From Salpingoeca rosetta (Eukaryota; Protista; Choanoflagellata): a DNA stretch of 52,577 nucleotides. The stretch is taken from assembly GCA_033442325.1 (NCBI GenBank), contig JAWQFM010000004.1:1013222-1065798 (forward strand), given 5' to 3'. Both the position numbers and the translations under genes were made by a program. Below the pieces are notes generated by a model. The model did not search any database and was not told the origin of the DNA. It saw nothing but the letters and a program-made list of their open reading frames with translations. Of the stretch, positions 47,940 through 52,577 are shown one piece after another (positions within the stretch are counted from its first letter, which is position 1; the number at the start of each line of letters is the position of its first letter).

Positions 47940-49334
47940 TTACAACTCTTGCCGCTCGCCAGCGCAACAGCCACAACACTTCTTCAGCATCCAAGTTGCC
48001 GTCACCACAATGGAGACACAGGTCACGACGAGGCTCAGGATCGCCGTGGGTTCGTGCTCCTGCCCGAGCACGGTGAGGTAGATCACTTGCACACCTAGCT
48101 GCGGCAAGTCCTCCAGGAGCAGCCTCAGGACACCAAGCACAATGTCAACCCTGTCGACCTTGTCACCCCTGTCGACCCTGTCACCCTTGTCATCCCCGTT
48201 TCCACCGTCCTCCTCGTCATCTCCATCGTCAGCACCACCACCAGGCTCCAGCTCCAACCCACCGCCGCCAACCTGCCGATCTTGACCAAAGGCGTCAAAC
48301 GGGACTCCGGTGTCAAACGATGCACCTTTGTCGTCTTGACCACCCCCATCCTCCTCGACCACATCCATGCAACCTTGCCCATCTTGCTCAACTTGATCCT
48401 TTTGTGCCTCTTGCGCCTCTTGCTCACGCTGGCCACCGTCTCTGGCAGCGAGCTGGGACGTGAGGTGGACGCGGACGCGGCGCTGGCTCTGCCATTCGAG
48501 ACCCGCCTCAATCAAGGCGATGACGGTGCCGACAACGACGGAGGCAAACGCCGCCCACACCAGCGCCTCGTAGTTACCGCCGTAAAACCCGCGGCACGTC
48601 CCGCTTGCACCGGGCACCACGCGACACTGCCCGCCATAGCACTCGCACTCGCTGCTGCCCGTCGCATTCGGGTCGTTGGCGTTTAGGTAACCGCAGGTGT
48701 GGTTGGCGAAATTGTCCAGAGACCCAAAAGTCGTGCACGACTGCAGCTGGAACTTGACGAATCCAGTGTCGTCCGTGTCCAGTGACAAGTCACACGCATC
48801 TTCAACAACAACAAAGCTGCCTGTTTCCTCAAAGGACACATACCCGAATGAGCAGGTGTTGCTGTTGCACTCGCACTCGTTTGTTGCATCTGCTGGAGCA
48901 AACGGCAGGCCGCCGCACACGCTCTTCAAGTCACCATAGCTGTCGCATGAGAAGCCAGCACCCGCGCCCTCGCAACGGTACACTGGAAAGGATGTTTCGC
49001 ACTGGTAGCTGTCTCGGAAGTCGTCTGTGGTCAACACCAGGCCCCAGAAACCCCAGTCAGTGGCCACATCAAAGAGAATCAACAGCACCAGTGCGATGCG
49101 CTTCACACCTTGGAATCTGGAGTGCAGCGCAACCAGGAGCACAAACAGCAACAGGAAAGCGCCGCCAACAACGCCGTAGAACACGTTTGTCTGGTCTTCC
49201 TGCTTCTCAGCAATCACCTCACGGCTGGCGTCTTGCGCCAACACGAGCGCCTGTCCGCTTTCCGTCAGTTCGCACGACCAGATGTGCTGCTGCTGTGGCT
49301 GATGTGGTGGCTGTTGTGGCTGTTGTTGCCGGTG

Positions 49335-49373
<39 letters not shown>

Positions 49374-52300
49374 ACTGCTGGTGCTGCTACTACTGCTGCT
49401 GCTGGTTGTGGTGCTGCTGCTGGTGGTGCTGCTGCTGCTACTGCTGGTGCTGGTGCTGCCGTTCGCCAACATCATGTCCATCAATGCCGTGGCGCCCGCG
49501 CTGCTATTGGAAGGCCACGAGCACTTGCCAATGCCTGCAATACTACAGCTGCCAACCATNNNNNNNNNNNNNNNNNNNNNNNNNNNNNNNNNNNNNNNNN
49601 NNNNNNNNNNNNNNNNNNNNNNNNNNNNNNNNNNNNNNNNNNNNNNNNNNNNNNNNNNNTTGCGTGGAGAATGAGACGCCTCAAGCTGTGGTGGCCAATG
49701 CACATTTTGCGTCAGTGTGGTTAGGCGGTTGTTTCTCAGGGCAAGCCGTTGCAGCGCATCCGGGAATACGCCCCCCTGCAGGCTGGAGATGTCGTTGAAG
49801 GAGAGGTCAAGCGTCGTGAGGGACGACGCTGTGTGGAACGCGGCATTGACAGCAGGGTCGTCATCAAATGCGATGGCGTTGCGCTGAAGGTACAGGGTCT
49901 TCAGCGAGGGTGGCCAGGTTTGGTTCGCCACGGATGAAATGGCGTTGTTGTCCAGCCGCAGCGTGAGCAGAGCTCGCGGCCAGACTTGGCTGGCGATGGA
50001 CGTCAATCGATTGCTGCCGAGCGTGAGCAGGGTCAAAGTCGAGGGCCACGTCTGCTGTGCAATGCTGGTGATGCGGTTGGTGTCAAGGAGCAGAAGACGC
50101 AGCTCAAGAGGCCAGTTCACGCCATCCACGCTGGAGACTTTGTTGTCACGTAGGTTCAACACAGATAGCAAAGGCGGCCACTGTTGCGAGCTGACGTCGC
50201 TTAGAAGGTTCGAGCTGAGGCCCAGCTCCTTCAGGTTGGAAGGCCACTGAGTGCTTTCGAGCACGCTGATGTCGTTGGAAAACAGCGTGAGGTCCTCAAG
50301 GCCATTTGGAAGGGCGTCAGCGTTGAACCTCTGCAGATTGTTGTTTGCCAGGCCTAGTCGCTGCAAGGTTGTCGGCCACGACTGGCCTTCAACGGAGGTC
50401 AGCTGGTTCGAGTTAAAGTTGAGTTCCAGCAGCCCAGGCGGCCAGACTTGTGTGCCCAGCTTTGTGATGGCGTTGGACGACAAGAAGAGACGAGTCAGAC
50501 CGCGCGGCCACAGCTGCCCCTCAATGTTGGGGATGAAGTTGTCACTCAGGAACAGGTGCTCCAAGCGCATCGGCCATGCCTGCCCAACAATGCTCCGGAC
50601 TTTATTGCCGGACAAAGAGAGGCTACGCAGTGAGCCGGGCCAGTGTTGGCCCTCAATGCTGTCGATGTCGTTGTCACCGAGGTCAAGCTCCTCCAGCCCG
50701 CGTGGCCAGTAGCCCGTGGTGGTTGGCAGGTGTGCAATTGCGTTGTCACTCAGGCGCAGCTCTTTCAGGGTTGCCGGCCAGACCTGGGTGTCGATGCTGC
50801 TGATTTGCGTCGCGGCAAGCTGCAGAATCTCCAAGGTTGAGGGCCAGAGCTGCCCTTCAATTGACTTGAGCGGATTGTTATGCAGCCACAGGTCCGTCAA
50901 TCGCGGTGGCCAGACTTGGCCTTGTATGGAGCTGATGTTGTTGCGCTGCAGCTCAAGGTCAACAAGTGTGGGTGGCCACTGCTGGTGTTGGATGCTGCTG
51001 ATGGCATTGAAGCCGAGAGTCAGTGCGCGCAGCCGCGGAGGCCACACGTCTGGCCCAACTGGCAGCTGCGTGATGTTGTTCTGGTGCAGGAAGAGCGTCT
51101 CCAGACCACGTGGCCACACCTGATTGTCGATGCTGGTGATGGAGTTGAAGGCAAGCAGCAGGTTTCGCAGCGGCTTGGGCCAATAGCCCTGCCGTTGTGG
51201 CAAGGAGGTGATGCTATTGTTCACGAGCACGAGGCTTTCCAAGGTTTGTGGCCAATGCTGTTCGTCGATGGAGCCGATGGTGTTGTTGTGGAGGGTGAGG
51301 CGAATGAGACTTGGCGGCCATGCGCCGGGCCCAGCAGGCAGCCTTGTGATGCGATTGGTGTGAAGAAACAGCGTCACCAAGGACCGTGGCCACTGCTGCT
51401 TGCCAACGGCCGAGATCCCATTCTCGTGCAACTGCAGCTCCCGCAAGCCTTCAGGCCACCGCTGGTTGATGATGGAGGTGATGGCGTTCTGCTGCAGGCG
51501 AAGAATTTGTAGCGCCTTGGGCCACGCCTGCTGGTCGATCATCGAGATGTTGTTGGCGTTCAAGGCAAGCGTGGTGACGGTGTCTGGCCACGCCTGTCCG
51601 GTGATGTTCTGGATGTTGTTGTCAGAGAGCTGCAGCACCTTCACTGCCGGCGGCCAGGACTGGCTGCTGATGTCGGCGATGCTGTTGTGCTCGAGTCGCA
51701 GCATGGTCAGGTTGCGCGGCCACTGTTGCGTAGAGATGTTGCTGATGCCTGTGTAGTCAAGGAAGAGGGCGTCAAGCGCAGGTGGCCATGTCTGGCCGAC
51801 AATGCCGTCGGGGCCCAGGGTGTTGTTGGAGAGGCCAAGCAGCGTGAGACCTGCTGGCCACGTCTGGTTGGAAATGCTGGTGATGTTGTTTCGGTCAAGG
51901 CCAAGCGTCACGAGCGATGGTGGCCACCGCTGGTTGCTGATGTCACTGATGTTGTTTCCGCTAAGCAACAGGACAGTGAGCCCCGAAGGGAAGACCTGCC
52001 CCGTGACGCTGGTGATGCTGTTGTTGGCAAGGAGGAGCTGGTTCAGGTTTGGTGGCCACCGCTGATTGTCGATGGTGGAGATGCGGTTCTCGTCCAGGAA
52101 GATGTCGCGCAACGTGTCGGGCCACTGCTGCAAGCCAAGGTGGGTGATGGCGTTGTCATGCAAGTAGAGATACTGGAGCGTTGGTGGCCACGACGCGTTG
52201 GTGGAAATGCTGGCGATGCGGTTATTGGAGAGGTACAGCACTTCAAGGGCGGCGGGCCACTTCTGAGACGCAATGCTGGCAATACGGTTGTGCCGCAGCC

Positions 52301-52577
52301 AGAGGCGGGTGATGGTCTCGGGCCAGGTTTGGTTGTCGAGATTGCTGATGTTGTTGGCCTGCAAGTCGAGCTCCCGGAGTGTTGGGGGCCACGCCTGTCC
52401 TGATATGTCGCTGATGTCATTGTGATTCAGCAGCAACAGGGTCAGTGTTGACGGCCACTGCACGCCTTGGATGCTGGTGAGGCAATTATCTCGCAGAGAC
52501 AGCTCGATCATGTCCGCAGGCCATGACACGTTTTGGAGGCTCGTGATGGTGTTCCCGCTCAAGTCAAGGTTGCCACG
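47940..52577 (-). CDS. Large LRR membrane protein (about 40+ 22-aa WPxxLxxLxLxxNxI repeats) with a 5-TM C-terminal XK-related-like module; 5'-partial
   Basis: Open frame to the window edge. Repeats such as QQWPPTLVDLELQRNNISSIQG. Ser/Gln linker, then TMs VFYGVVGGAFLLLFVLLVAL, IALVLLILFDVATDWGFW, ALVWAAFASVVVGTVIALI, IVLGVLRLLLEDLPQLGVQVIYL and AILSLVVTCVSIVVTATWML. Continuity crosses a 100-N gap. Confidence 0.75.
49560..49659. other. Assembly gap (100 N)
   Basis: Run of N. Confidence 1.

Overview
Eukaryotic, intron-rich DNA whose introns are filled with (CA)n/(TG)n microsatellites. Most ORFs in the supplied track are microsatellite translation artefacts. Gene content (RTK-type kinase, cadherin remnant, sarcoglycan-like protein, myosin with PH tail) and intron style suggest a choanoflagellate, most likely Salpingoeca rosetta (inference). 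I spliced genes by hand using GT/AG sites and phase checks. In order: a decayed cadherin fragment; OSBP (PH-FFAT-ORD); TIM22 head-to-head with EMC8/9; a secreted mucin/receptor-L-domain protein; a receptor tyrosine pseudokinase head-to-head with a Shisa-like adaptor; a myosin-III-like motor with IQ-SAH-PH tail whose P-loop exons are absent; and an alpha/epsilon-sarcoglycan-like gene. From about 37.7 kb to the end lies a candidate innate-defence cluster. It holds an intronless PolX-like nucleotidyltransferase of probable phage/giant-virus/bacterial type, an NLR-type LRR protein fused to a PARP-like ADP-ribosyltransferase (H-Y-D), a paralogous H-Y-E ART that appears to splice to a helical-acidic-SAM-tail-anchor module, and a long 22-aa-LRR receptor fused to an XK-scramblase-like membrane module. 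There are two 100-N assembly gaps. All family assignments rest on motifs recognised by eye; no database search was run.
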